Of a stretch of 64,000 bases of DNA, positions 41,769 to 50,807 are shown piece after piece; position 1 is the stretch's first letter, and the number at the start of each line of letters is the position of its first letter. A program made the position numbers and the translations under genes. A model generated the notes under the pieces. It was not told where the DNA came from, searched no databases, and saw nothing but the letters and a program-made list of their open reading frames with translations. Source of the stretch: a virus (lineage: Duplodnaviria; Caudoviricetes); IMG/VR virus record IMGVR_UViG_3300037780_000034, positions 253,723-317,722 of that record, one strand, 5' to 3'.

Positions 41769-43162
41769 TCAAACAAACCTTTTTTAAATTGTTCTGCTGA
41801 TAGTGGCACATCATTTGATGCTATAACTTTAGCAATCTTATTAAATTGTTTTTTATTAAGATTTGTAGGATTATTGAAAAAACTAGAACCACTTAACTTT
41901 TTCAAAATTTGAAAAGCATTTGTATTTTCAGGTTTACTACTGCTATGAGACAAGTTAAGCATATATAAGATAACAGTAAAAAAGTTACACACACTGTTAA
42001 TTTGTTTTTTATTCATACCATTAAATAAATCACGAATATCATAACTTCCTAAAGCTGATGGATCATATTCAAAACCAAACATATTATCAACTTCATCGCT
42101 ATAATCGCTAACTGATATCGGAATGTTGTCCATAGTAAATGGAAACTCTTCTGCTATGCTAGTCAAAACATTGTCCGAATATTTTGTTAGTTTCACTGGC
42201 TTTTTTGATCTATATTTTTGTATATAATCTGCTTGTTCCTTAGTAAACAGTGATAAATCTAAATCTGTTTTCATATAAAAACCAAGCTTGTTTTCAATAT
42301 ATTTTTGAGTTTCTTGATCTACGTGTGGATAGAATTTTGAAATAAGATTGCGATCTTTTTTAATTATTTTCTCATATGATCGTATCTTATCTAGTGTAAA
42401 ATACCTCATAATTGCTTCACCGTCACCGCTTTCTGCAACAGTTTTCAATTGTTTCATATCGTTGATAGAATTCAAACTAAATTGAAGTTCACGAATTGTT
42501 GCACACTTGTTAGAAAAATCAATAAGAGAAAATCCTTTTAAATGACCTTGAAGCATATCATCCAATTTTCGTGGAGAAATTATTTTCTTATTTTTGTCCC
42601 ACCAAGATTTTGAAATATCAAAATATTCACTTCCATACTTTTTAACAAAGTATTGTTTGTTGAGTTCATAAGGAACACTTAATTGAATTTGAAATCTGTC
42701 ACGTTGTGCAGGGTCAAGAGGTTTTACACTGTATTCGTGATCTTTATCATCGTGCGGGTTTTCCGCAGCCCATATACACTTTAAGTGTGGAAACTTACGA
42801 CCATTAATACTTTTAAACTGAATAAGTTCCATAATGGCGTTAAGTGTTTTTTCATCTGCACGGTTAATTTCGTCAAAGAACAGTGCTTCAATTTTTTCAT
42901 CACCTGTTAAATATTCAGGCGGAATAATTTTGAATACTTCTTGACCTTTATCGTTGGTATAATTTTTAGGAATACCGATAAAATCAACCCAAGGATCAAT
43001 CGTGCTTGCGCTAAAATATTTCCAAGATACATTGTGTTTGCCAAATTTTTCACCAAACACTTCTTTGATAATAGCAGTTTTACCAACACCGTGACCGCCA
43101 CTTAGTAGAACATTGTATCCTTCGGTTGCATATTGTTTCAGGGTTGTTACATTTATTGTCAT
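41765..43162 (-). CDS. MoxR-like AAA+ ATPase
   Basis: Walker A GGHGVGKT, Walker B LFFDEINRA, AAENP, LDPAQRDRF. Confidence 0.85.
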   Translation of the reverse strand: MTINVTTLKQYATEGYNVLLSGGHGVGKTAIIKEVFGEKFGKHNVSWKYFSASTIDPWVDFIGIPKNYTNDKGQEVFKIIPPEYLTGDEKIEALFFDEINRADEKTLNAIMELIQFKSINGRKFPHLKCIWAAENPHDDKDHEYSVKPLDPAQRDRFQIQLSVPYELNKQYFVKKYGSEYFDISKSWWDKNKKIISPRKLDDMLQGHLKGFSLIDFSNKCATIRELQFSLNSINDMKQLKTVAESGDGEAIMRYFTLDKIRSYEKIIKKDRNLISKFYPHVDQETQKYIENKLGFYMKTDLDLSLFTKEQADYIQKYRSKKPVKLTKYSDNVLTSIAEEFPFTMDNIPISVSDYSDEVDNMFGFEYDPSALGSYDIRDLFNGMNKKQINSVCNFFTVILYMLNLSHSSSKPENTNAFQILKKLSGSSFFNNPTNLNKKQFNKIAKVIASNDVPLSAEQFKKGLFE

Positions 43163-43203
43163 TGTTATTCATCCATTTTGATTATATCTGTAATACGAAT
43201 CAT

Positions 43204-43233
43204 ATCATACTCTAAGACTATCCTTACTGTCAA
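43204..43233 (-). promoter_or_regulatory. Sigma70 promoter for the MoxR-vWA operon
   Basis: TTGACA-18-TATGAT on the minus strand, followed by TGATTCG (43196-43202). Confidence 0.6.
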
Positions 43234-43250
43234 GAACAATCTTATTTGTC

Positions 43251-43279
43251 TTGTAACTTCATCAAATACGTGTTATAAT
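43251..43279 (+). promoter_or_regulatory. Sigma70 promoter for endonuclease 6
   Basis: TTGTAA-17-TATAAT with extended TG. Confidence 0.65.
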
Positions 43280-43329
43280 AGGTCAACTGTTGTAGTAATA
43301 ACATAAATACAAAATAAAGGAACATACAT

Positions 43330-45117
43330 ATGGAAGAGTTTATAAAAAGATATTTATTAAATAAAAAAGGAAAATACAAATCACAAATAACTCAAAAATA
43401 TATAGAAAATAATAACATAGTTAAAGAATTTGAATATTTGAAACAATTATTTCCTCAATTGAGTATTAGTGAAAAAATAAGATGTATTATTGAAAATAAT
43501 AACTCAGACAAGTGTTCAGAGTGTGGAGCAACCTTATACAAAATAACACAAAACAATTCATTTGTATGTAAGGATTGTGGTATTAAGATGAGAACGAAAA
43601 GGATGCAGCAAACGAACTTAGAACGATATGGAACAGCTACACCATCAAAAACCAAAGAAGTTCAAGAAAAAATGCGAAAAACAAATTTAGAAAGATACGG
43701 AACCATAGCACCATCACAGAACAAAGAAATTCAAGAAAAGACAAAACAAACAAATTTAGAACGGTATGGCGTTATAGCGCCAATACAAAACAAAGAAATT
43801 AAAGAAAAAACGCGAAAAACAAATTTGGAAAGATATGGAAAAACATCATATCTTGCAACAGACGAATGCAGGGAAAAACAGTTACAAAATTTTCGTGAAA
43901 ATAAAAAATCAATAATTAAAAAAAAAGAATATACTAGTAAAAAAAATTACGGAACATCTCATCCGATGAAAAATGAGGAATACAAAGAAAAAATAAAAAG
44001 AACAAATACAGAAAAGTATGGCGTTGAATGGTTCACACAAACATCTGAATTTAATGAAAAGTATGTTTATCCTATATACTATGAAAATCTATCTGAAACT
44101 GGAAAATATTATTGGAATAATCAAGAAAAAATATTAGAAATATATGAAAAAGAACAGTGCACAATACAAAGATTAAGTGAAATTGTTGAAATAAAACCTA
44201 AAAAACTCGCATCTATATTTCATAAAAATAATTTTAAAATACACAACAGAAAAGTATCAGATGAAGAAAACACATTTGCAAATACATTGGTAAATAATTT
44301 TGATATTGTTTTAGAAAGAAACAACAGACAAATAATTAATCCTTATGAAATAGATATTTTAATAAAAAATTATAAAGTTGGCATTGAATATAATGGACTA
44401 TATTGGCATTCGGTTGATCATACAAAAACAGATTATACTCACAAGAAAAAAGCTTTGTTGGCAAATAGCAGTGATTTAACATTATTACAATTTTTTTCAA
44501 ATGAAATTATATATAATAGTGATATAGTAAATTCAATTATATCTTCCAAGATAGGAAAAAATAAAAAAATATATGCAAGAAATTGTGTAATAAAAGAAAT
44601 ATCAAATAAAGAATATATTAATTTTTGTGAAATAAATCATTTGCAAGGGTATGGTATATCAAAAATAAGAATAGGGTTATATTATAATAATATATTAGTT
44701 TCTGTGATGTCTTTTAGTAAATCAAGATTTTCTAAAAATCACGAGTGGGAAATGATTAGATTTTGTAATATATTAAATACCACAGTAGTTGGTGGTGCAG
44801 GGAAAATGTTTAATTATTTTAAAAATACATATAATCCAAAATCAATTGTAAGTTATGCTGACGCAAGAATATCAACTGGAAGTCTTTATGAAAAATTAGG
44901 ATTTTCTTTTGTAAATCATACAAATCCTAATTATTTTTATACAGATTGTAATAATGTGTTTAATCGTATTCAATTTCAAAAACATAAACTAAAAAGTAAA
45001 TTAAAAAACTTTGATGATTCAAAAACAGAAAAACAAAATATGATAGATAATGGTTATAGAATAATTTATGATGCAGGAAATATGGTATTTGAATGGATAA
45101 ATAATAAAATAATCTAG
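43330..45117 (+). CDS. Hef-like endonuclease 6
   Basis: CSEC..CKDC, six or more TN(L/T)E(R/K)YG-type repeats, EIDILIK..GIEYNGLYWHS core, IYARNC..HLQG..EMIRFC..IYDAGN. Confidence 0.75.
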   Translation: MEEFIKRYLLNKKGKYKSQITQKYIENNNIVKEFEYLKQLFPQLSISEKIRCIIENNNSDKCSECGATLYKITQNNSFVCKDCGIKMRTKRMQQTNLERYGTATPSKTKEVQEKMRKTNLERYGTIAPSQNKEIQEKTKQTNLERYGVIAPIQNKEIKEKTRKTNLERYGKTSYLATDECREKQLQNFRENKKSIIKKKEYTSKKNYGTSHPMKNEEYKEKIKRTNTEKYGVEWFTQTSEFNEKYVYPIYYENLSETGKYYWNNQEKILEIYEKEQCTIQRLSEIVEIKPKKLASIFHKNNFKIHNRKVSDEENTFANTLVNNFDIVLERNNRQIINPYEIDILIKNYKVGIEYNGLYWHSVDHTKTDYTHKKKALLANSSDLTLLQFFSNEIIYNSDIVNSIISSKIGKNKKIYARNCVIKEISNKEYINFCEINHLQGYGISKIRIGLYYNNILVSVMSFSKSRFSKNHEWEMIRFCNILNTTVVGGAGKMFNYFKNTYNPKSIVSYADARISTGSLYEKLGFSFVNHTNPNYFYTDCNNVFNRIQFQKHKLKSKLKNFDDSKTEKQNMIDNGYRIIYDAGNMVFEWINNKII

Positions 45118-45130
45118 GATAAAACATATT

Positions 45131-45745
45131 ATGCATATTAAAGAAATTATAACAGAAAGCACACCAAAAACACTGTATCACGGAACAATTAAAAAAAACT
45201 TACCTAGCATAATGAAATATGGGGTAGAACCTCGGGTTGGAGATTTTACACGTGATGCATACTGGGAATACAAGGATGCAGGAATAGAATTACCAAGATT
45301 ATTATTTGCTGCTGACAAACGTGGACTACGAAAATGCATTAGTGCAATAATTGGTGCAATGAAAAGTAGTGGAATACAGATTACACCAGAAAACTTTTAT
45401 GAACACGCCGTTATAGTAGTCTTTAAACAAGGTGAAGAATATTTTGATTATAGAAGTGATGATGATCTGGAAAACGAATACCCAACTGTAGAACCAGAAG
45501 ATTATTATAGAAAATATAACTGGGTTCCAGATTATTATTTAACTGGAAAAAAGCTGTTAACATTTCTTAGAAAAAATAAAGTTGGTTTGACTTATGGTTT
45601 TGATAACTTAGATATTGAAGGCAAAAAAAGTGGAGCCATAAAAGATATACTTAAAATGGCTCCACAAACAGATAAATCAGAACTTTTAAAAATGACGCCA
45701 ACTCAATTATCAGATTTGCTAATTAAATTGAAATATAAAAAATAA
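45131..45745 (+). CDS. Putative ADP-ribosyltransferase-fold protein with CTS-like leader
   Basis: LYHGT....LPSIMKYGVEP resembles the first strand of Tpt1/PARP-type ARTs; N-terminus MHIKEIITE|S. Confidence 0.5.
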   Translation: MHIKEIITESTPKTLYHGTIKKNLPSIMKYGVEPRVGDFTRDAYWEYKDAGIELPRLLFAADKRGLRKCISAIIGAMKSSGIQITPENFYEHAVIVVFKQGEEYFDYRSDDDLENEYPTVEPEDYYRKYNWVPDYYLTGKKLLTFLRKNKVGLTYGFDNLDIEGKKSGAIKDILKMAPQTDKSELLKMTPTQLSDLLIKLKYKK

Positions 45746-45746
45746 G

Positions 45747-46280
45747 TTAACTTCTGTTTAATATATCCATTAATTTTTGTTTTTGTTCTGTTGGCATATT
45801 TAGTATGGTAGTTGCAACGTCTCTGATTTTCTTGTCATCTGTTCTGCGAGTAGCAAAGTCACCTGATTTTTTACTTGGCTTCTGACCAAATTTTCCAGTG
45901 CTTAATCCACCTTGTGTTGCATATCCACGAACTATTGCTTGCTTTATTACTTCATCTATTTCATTTGTAGATAATGGAGAACTAGGTTTAGAATTTGTTT
46001 TTTTCTTAACCATTCTGATTATTTTTTCAACATCAGCACCATACCCTTTTGAACGCAAAAATGATGCCATTTGGCTTACATCTACTTGTCCATTGTTTGC
46101 TCGTAATATTGGTGCAATTTCTGCTCTTACTTGCATCATTTCGTCGTTTACTTCTTTTTGAATTTGTGAACCACTCATACCAAGCTTTGCGCCTAAATTA
46201 GTAAAAAATCTAGAAATCCCACCTACTGGTGCTTCTTGTAAATTATCAGAACTTTCTGTAATAATTTCGTTAGCTTTCAT
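45747..46280 (-). CDS. Basic hypothetical protein with CTS-like leader
   Basis: MKANEIITE|S..LQE|A; AATAAATA upstream on the minus strand (46301-46308). Confidence 0.65.
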   Translation of the reverse strand: MKANEIITESSDNLQEAPVGGISRFFTNLGAKLGMSGSQIQKEVNDEMMQVRAEIAPILRANNGQVDVSQMASFLRSKGYGADVEKIIRMVKKKTNSKPSSPLSTNEIDEVIKQAIVRGYATQGGLSTGKFGQKPSKKSGDFATRRTDDKKIRDVATTILNMPTEQKQKLMDILNRS

Positions 46281-46364
46281 TTTAAATCTCCTGTTGGTTT
46301 TATTTATTTCAACTATAATGTTATTTATTGAATAAATAATAAAATGATAGGATAGGAAAATAAA

Positions 46365-48443
46365 ATGGCTGTATACGATTTCTTTTTAAGCAGAAATGCA
46401 TCAACAACAACAATTAACAATTATGTAGGGCATCGTGGTAGACTTTTTTATGATGATATTACCGGAAACATAAGAATAAGTGATGGAACTACTGCAGGCG
46501 GAAATCCTATACCTATTACTACGGCAACAAATAATCAGACTGGAGCAGTATTACCTAGTCAAGGATTAGAAGTCACAGACGTGTTCGGATCAATTCGTAT
46601 AAAAGTTGGTGAAGGAATTGAGTTTGATGATAACAATAATATAAAACTTAAACCAGCAACTACAACTACCCTTGGTGGAATAAAGTTGGGGCCAGGTGTT
46701 TTGTTGAATGATCAAAATCAAATTGTTATAGATTCAACAGGATTAGACTTTTCTTTTGGTGATTTTTCTGCAACAATACAAACTGGACCAAGTAATACAG
46801 ATGCAGCATATCTTTCAAGTATAAACACAAATGAAGATATAGTTATTGCGTCTAACGGAACAGGCTCAATAAGCGTAGTTGGAGAATTTAATATCTTTAC
46901 TCCAAACGGAAGTATAGCAACTCGTGATCCTGTTTTTAGTGTTGACAATGTTGGCAAAATAAAAGCAACAACGCTAGACATAGAAAATTCAAATGAACTA
47001 GGATTAATGGCACCATTAAACGTTACTATAAATGAAGATGGGCTAACAAAGGTTCCTGCTGTAGTCACGGGTAGTGTTGCACAATTTACCGGACGTGACG
47101 ATAATACTTCTATAATAGTATTAGATACATATGGAATAGATTCTACCAGAACAATAACAGGTGGTGAATTTGTTTTTAGAAGTGCACGTGGAACAAATGC
47201 AATTCCAGTGGCAGTTCAAAATGATGATATACTTGGAAATATAACTGCGGCAGGATGGGCAAGCAATGGTTATGGTGGTTTAGGTGTTGGTGGTTTAAAA
47301 ATACTTGCCAATCAAAATTATACAGATGTTGCCAGAGGATCAAAATTAGAACTATATGTAACTCCAAATGGAACAATAAGTAATTCAACAATTGCAACAA
47401 TAGACGAAAATGGCATTACCCTAAATCGCAGTGATGCAGGATTATCAAATGCAACTTTTATAACTTTTGATACTACACACGTAGATGATCATACTGATGT
47501 AGGAACTCTATGCTGGAGTGCAGAAGATGGAACATTAAATTTACATCACGAAGGAAATGTTGTTCAACAAATTGGACAAGAACTTTATGCATATGTTAAA
47601 AACAATACTGGTTCTACTATAGAAGATGGAGTATGTGTAAGATTTGATGGTGCACAAAACAATGGTGAAGCAAGATTACTAATAGCACCATTTCAAGCCA
47701 ATGGAGTATATCCAAGCTTATATGGATTAGGAATAACAACACAATCTTTTGCAGATGGTGCAAACGGACGTGTTTGTGTTTGGGGAAAAATTAGTGGGTT
47801 AAATACTACTGGGCAGAATGGAGAAACGTGGATAATTGGTGATATTCTTTATGCAAGTCCAACTGTTGCCGGTGGATTAACAAAAATAAAACCAACTGCT
47901 CCAAACAATGTAGTTCCAGTTGCAGCCATATTAAAAGTAGATGCAACCGATGGTGAAATTTTTGTAAGACCTACAATAGAACAAAAAATGGATTATGGTG
48001 TATTTACACGAACAACAGACTTCCAACCAATAGCGGCGAATACTGCATATAGTGTAAGTCTAAATAATACGGAAATATCAAATGGGGTTAGTATAGGAAC
48101 ACCTACAAGTAGATTAATAGTAAGTCAAAGTGGATTGTATCAAATAGATTGGACAGTTCATTGGGCAAGTAGTGGTGGAACAAATGAAATTGACAGTTGG
48201 TATACTTGGCTCAGAAAAAATGGAACAGACATTCCGAATAGTATGAGAACAGGTGGTATAGATGGTAGAATTCCAAATGAAACAATTTCTACAACAAGAA
48301 TACTAAGTTTACAGCAAAATGATTATATAGAAGTTATGGTTGCAGTATCTAATATTAATGTTAGAGTAGATGCAGTTGCTTCTACTGCATTTGGTCCAAC
48401 TACTGCAGGATTAGAAGTAACTGTAGCACAAATACAACTTTAA
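46365..48443 (+). CDS. Virion fibre / structural protein with C-terminal C1q/TNF-like beta domain
   Basis: ATTTTLGGIKLG, FRSARGT..VQNDDILG..GW, AYVKNNTG; C-terminal SGLYQIDW..WLRKNG..DYIEV. Confidence 0.65.
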   Translation: MAVYDFFLSRNASTTTINNYVGHRGRLFYDDITGNIRISDGTTAGGNPIPITTATNNQTGAVLPSQGLEVTDVFGSIRIKVGEGIEFDDNNNIKLKPATTTTLGGIKLGPGVLLNDQNQIVIDSTGLDFSFGDFSATIQTGPSNTDAAYLSSINTNEDIVIASNGTGSISVVGEFNIFTPNGSIATRDPVFSVDNVGKIKATTLDIENSNELGLMAPLNVTINEDGLTKVPAVVTGSVAQFTGRDDNTSIIVLDTYGIDSTRTITGGEFVFRSARGTNAIPVAVQNDDILGNITAAGWASNGYGGLGVGGLKILANQNYTDVARGSKLELYVTPNGTISNSTIATIDENGITLNRSDAGLSNATFITFDTTHVDDHTDVGTLCWSAEDGTLNLHHEGNVVQQIGQELYAYVKNNTGSTIEDGVCVRFDGAQNNGEARLLIAPFQANGVYPSLYGLGITTQSFADGANGRVCVWGKISGLNTTGQNGETWIIGDILYASPTVAGGLTKIKPTAPNNVVPVAAILKVDATDGEIFVRPTIEQKMDYGVFTRTTDFQPIAANTAYSVSLNNTEISNGVSIGTPTSRLIVSQSGLYQIDWTVHWASSGGTNEIDSWYTWLRKNGTDIPNSMRTGGIDGRIPNETISTTRILSLQQNDYIEVMVAVSNINVRVDAVASTAFGPTTAGLEVTVAQIQL

Positions 48444-48770
48444 TTAACTTAGTAGATCATCGTCATTATATTTGATCATAATACCAGCATTCTTTTTTAT
48501 GTTTGCTAATTCTTGATCAAAGGTATTATGTGATGTTGATCCACACATACAATCAGCTTCACATCCACAACTGGATTCGCTATCATCGTATTCGTTATCA
48601 ACGCCAACGCTTTTTTTAAGCAATTCAGTTTTTTGTTGCAAAGGCGGCATCATTTTTTCTTTGCTTTGTTCTGGTTCTACATCAAAAGGTTGACTATCAT
48701 CACCAACCGTTCCAGATTCTATATTTTCTAATTTGTCTAACAATGCTCTTAGTATTTCGCTTATGTTCAT
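48444..48770 (-). CDS. Small acidic protein with scaffold-like ELANIKKNAGI motif
   Basis: TATAAATA on the minus strand at 48794-48801; MMPPLQQK.ELLKK; CGC..CMC. Confidence 0.65.
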   Translation of the reverse strand: MNISEILRALLDKLENIESGTVGDDSQPFDVEPEQSKEKMMPPLQQKTELLKKSVGVDNEYDDSESSCGCEADCMCGSTSHNTFDQELANIKKNAGIMIKYNDDDLLS

Positions 48771-48848
48771 AACGGTAACTCCATAATATAAATTATTTAT
48801 ATAATATTGTTAAAACAGAATAAATATAGTTATCGCAGGGATTTAGTT

Positions 48849-49934
48849 ATGAAAATAAAACAAATAACAGAAGCAACTTCTATTAATATGAATCTTTTAA
48901 AAGATTTAACAAAAATAATATTGTCTAGGTTGCCGAATACTTTTGTAGAAGATAACATATTTAAAGTTATGTTTAATGAAAAAAATATTGTTGACCTTTT
49001 AGAAAAATACCCACAAAAATCAAATACAATAAACAAACTTCGTCAATTGCAAATAGATTTTATACATAAATGGATTTTTGTAAATGTAGGAACATATGGC
49101 GCATATGAACCGGATAAACACACGATATCAATAAATGTTTCTGCTATTTCTGGAAAAACAAGTGATGTAACACTAAAAGAATTACAAAGTGCAAGAAGCG
49201 ATAACTTTTCTTTATTACCAGTATTAGTGCACGAATTGCGTCACGCAATGCAATGGATAGAATATAAAACATATGCAGACAGATCATTAACAAGTAAAGA
49301 ATATAAAAGTCGTGAAATAGAGATAGATGCTGCTTGGCACGATGTATTGGAATTATATGATCCAACCGAATTTACTAATGCAAAAATATATGCATTGCAA
49401 GTAATGGTTGCTCTTACTAAGGAAAGAGGATTAAACAAAAAACAATATGATCATTATCGTAAAAAAACTATAAAGTATTATTTTAACAATAAAACTCCGC
49501 AAAAAAAGAAAAATACTCGTGAACGTTATGAAGATTATATAAAAAATAAAATACCACAAGATATAAAAGTTTCTATATCATCTAACCATTCAATTTTGAA
49601 AAATTTTGATTTGCGAAAATTACCCAATTACAACAGTGATAAATTTTTATTACCACTATATAGAATTTTACCAAAGTTACAAAACATATTAAGTGGAGTA
49701 ACTGAACCAAATAACAACTTTGAAAAAAATATGTTAATTTTGGCGGTTACATTAGCAATGCCAGGTAATACTAAAAAATTAAAAGACTTTGCAAAATATA
49801 TGCAAAAAGTTCATAATTATTCGATAAATGATATGATTAATACTGTTGAATTAGGAATAACTAATAAAGAGAATGATTTACAATATGATTTTAATTCTAT
49901 TAAAAATTATATTAAAACACAATATGGAATTTAA
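48849..49934 (+). CDS. Zincin-like (HExxH) metallopeptidase 1 with CTS-like leader
   Basis: VLVHELRH plus downstream EIEIDA; start MKIKQITE|A at 48849, 23 nt after AATAAATA (48819-48826). ORF track starts at 48807. Confidence 0.6.
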   Translation: MKIKQITEATSINMNLLKDLTKIILSRLPNTFVEDNIFKVMFNEKNIVDLLEKYPQKSNTINKLRQLQIDFIHKWIFVNVGTYGAYEPDKHTISINVSAISGKTSDVTLKELQSARSDNFSLLPVLVHELRHAMQWIEYKTYADRSLTSKEYKSREIEIDAAWHDVLELYDPTEFTNAKIYALQVMVALTKERGLNKKQYDHYRKKTIKYYFNNKTPQKKKNTRERYEDYIKNKIPQDIKVSISSNHSILKNFDLRKLPNYNSDKFLLPLYRILPKLQNILSGVTEPNNNFEKNMLILAVTLAMPGNTKKLKDFAKYMQKVHNYSINDMINTVELGITNKENDLQYDFNSIKNYIKTQYGI

Positions 49935-49936
49935 AA

Positions 49937-50806
49937 ATGGCACAAAATGGAATATCAACACTGTCTACAAAAGAGCTAAAACAAAAAGCAAAGTTAGACT
50001 TAGCTGCTATACAAAGAGCAAATGCTAACAATCCTCGGGCAAGTTATGATTTAACACAATTACCAACAAGATATAGCGGTAATGTTTTAATAGATAACCC
50101 AAATACAGGAGGATTAATAACAGGCAGACCTTGGATAGAAACAATTTCGTCATTTGTTAATCCAACATTGGATATAGGTTCAAGCGTAACTGTAGTGGCA
50201 CAAAGTCCATTTTCTGGTGGAGGAAATAGTTATAGCTTTATACAATCAACTAACAGTTATATAGACGTAGCAGCAAGCGAAGATTGGGCATTAAGAACAG
50301 GTGATTTTACTATAGAATGGTTTGGATTACAAACATCATTTAACCAATTTGAAAGAGTATTCACAGTTGATGATTTTCCAAGTATTGATGTTGGTGTTAG
50401 CATAGAAGGTGCAGTATTTTATTATTGGGCTAATAGTGGTTTTAGATATAGCAAAGGAGCAAGCACAACTACCAATGTTTGGTATCATTGGGCTGTAGTA
50501 AGACAAAGTGGAGTAACCAGAATATACAGAAATGGAACACTATGGGGATTACAGTTTAATGATACAAATGACATTAATAATACAATAAATCCTCTAACTA
50601 TAGGTGCATCAAATGCACACGGCACAGAGGCATCTTGGGTAGGATATATAACTAATTTTCGTTGGATAAAAGGATTAGCAGTATATACAGGAGACTTTAC
50701 CGTTCCTACCACATCATTAACTGCAACAGCAACGGCAAATCCATATGGAGGATCAAATACCCAAGCTATTCCAGATGGTGTAACAAAATTATTATTGGTG
50801 CCATAA
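49937..50806 (+). CDS. LamG / concanavalin-like domain virion protein
   Basis: GDFTIEW..WYHWAVVRQSG..IYRNG..GYITNFRWIKGLAVYTGDFTVPT. Confidence 0.7.
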   Translation: MAQNGISTLSTKELKQKAKLDLAAIQRANANNPRASYDLTQLPTRYSGNVLIDNPNTGGLITGRPWIETISSFVNPTLDIGSSVTVVAQSPFSGGGNSYSFIQSTNSYIDVAASEDWALRTGDFTIEWFGLQTSFNQFERVFTVDDFPSIDVGVSIEGAVFYYWANSGFRYSKGASTTTNVWYHWAVVRQSGVTRIYRNGTLWGLQFNDTNDINNTINPLTIGASNAHGTEASWVGYITNFRWIKGLAVYTGDFTVPTTSLTATATANPYGGSNTQAIPDGVTKLLLVP

Positions 50807-50807
50807 A

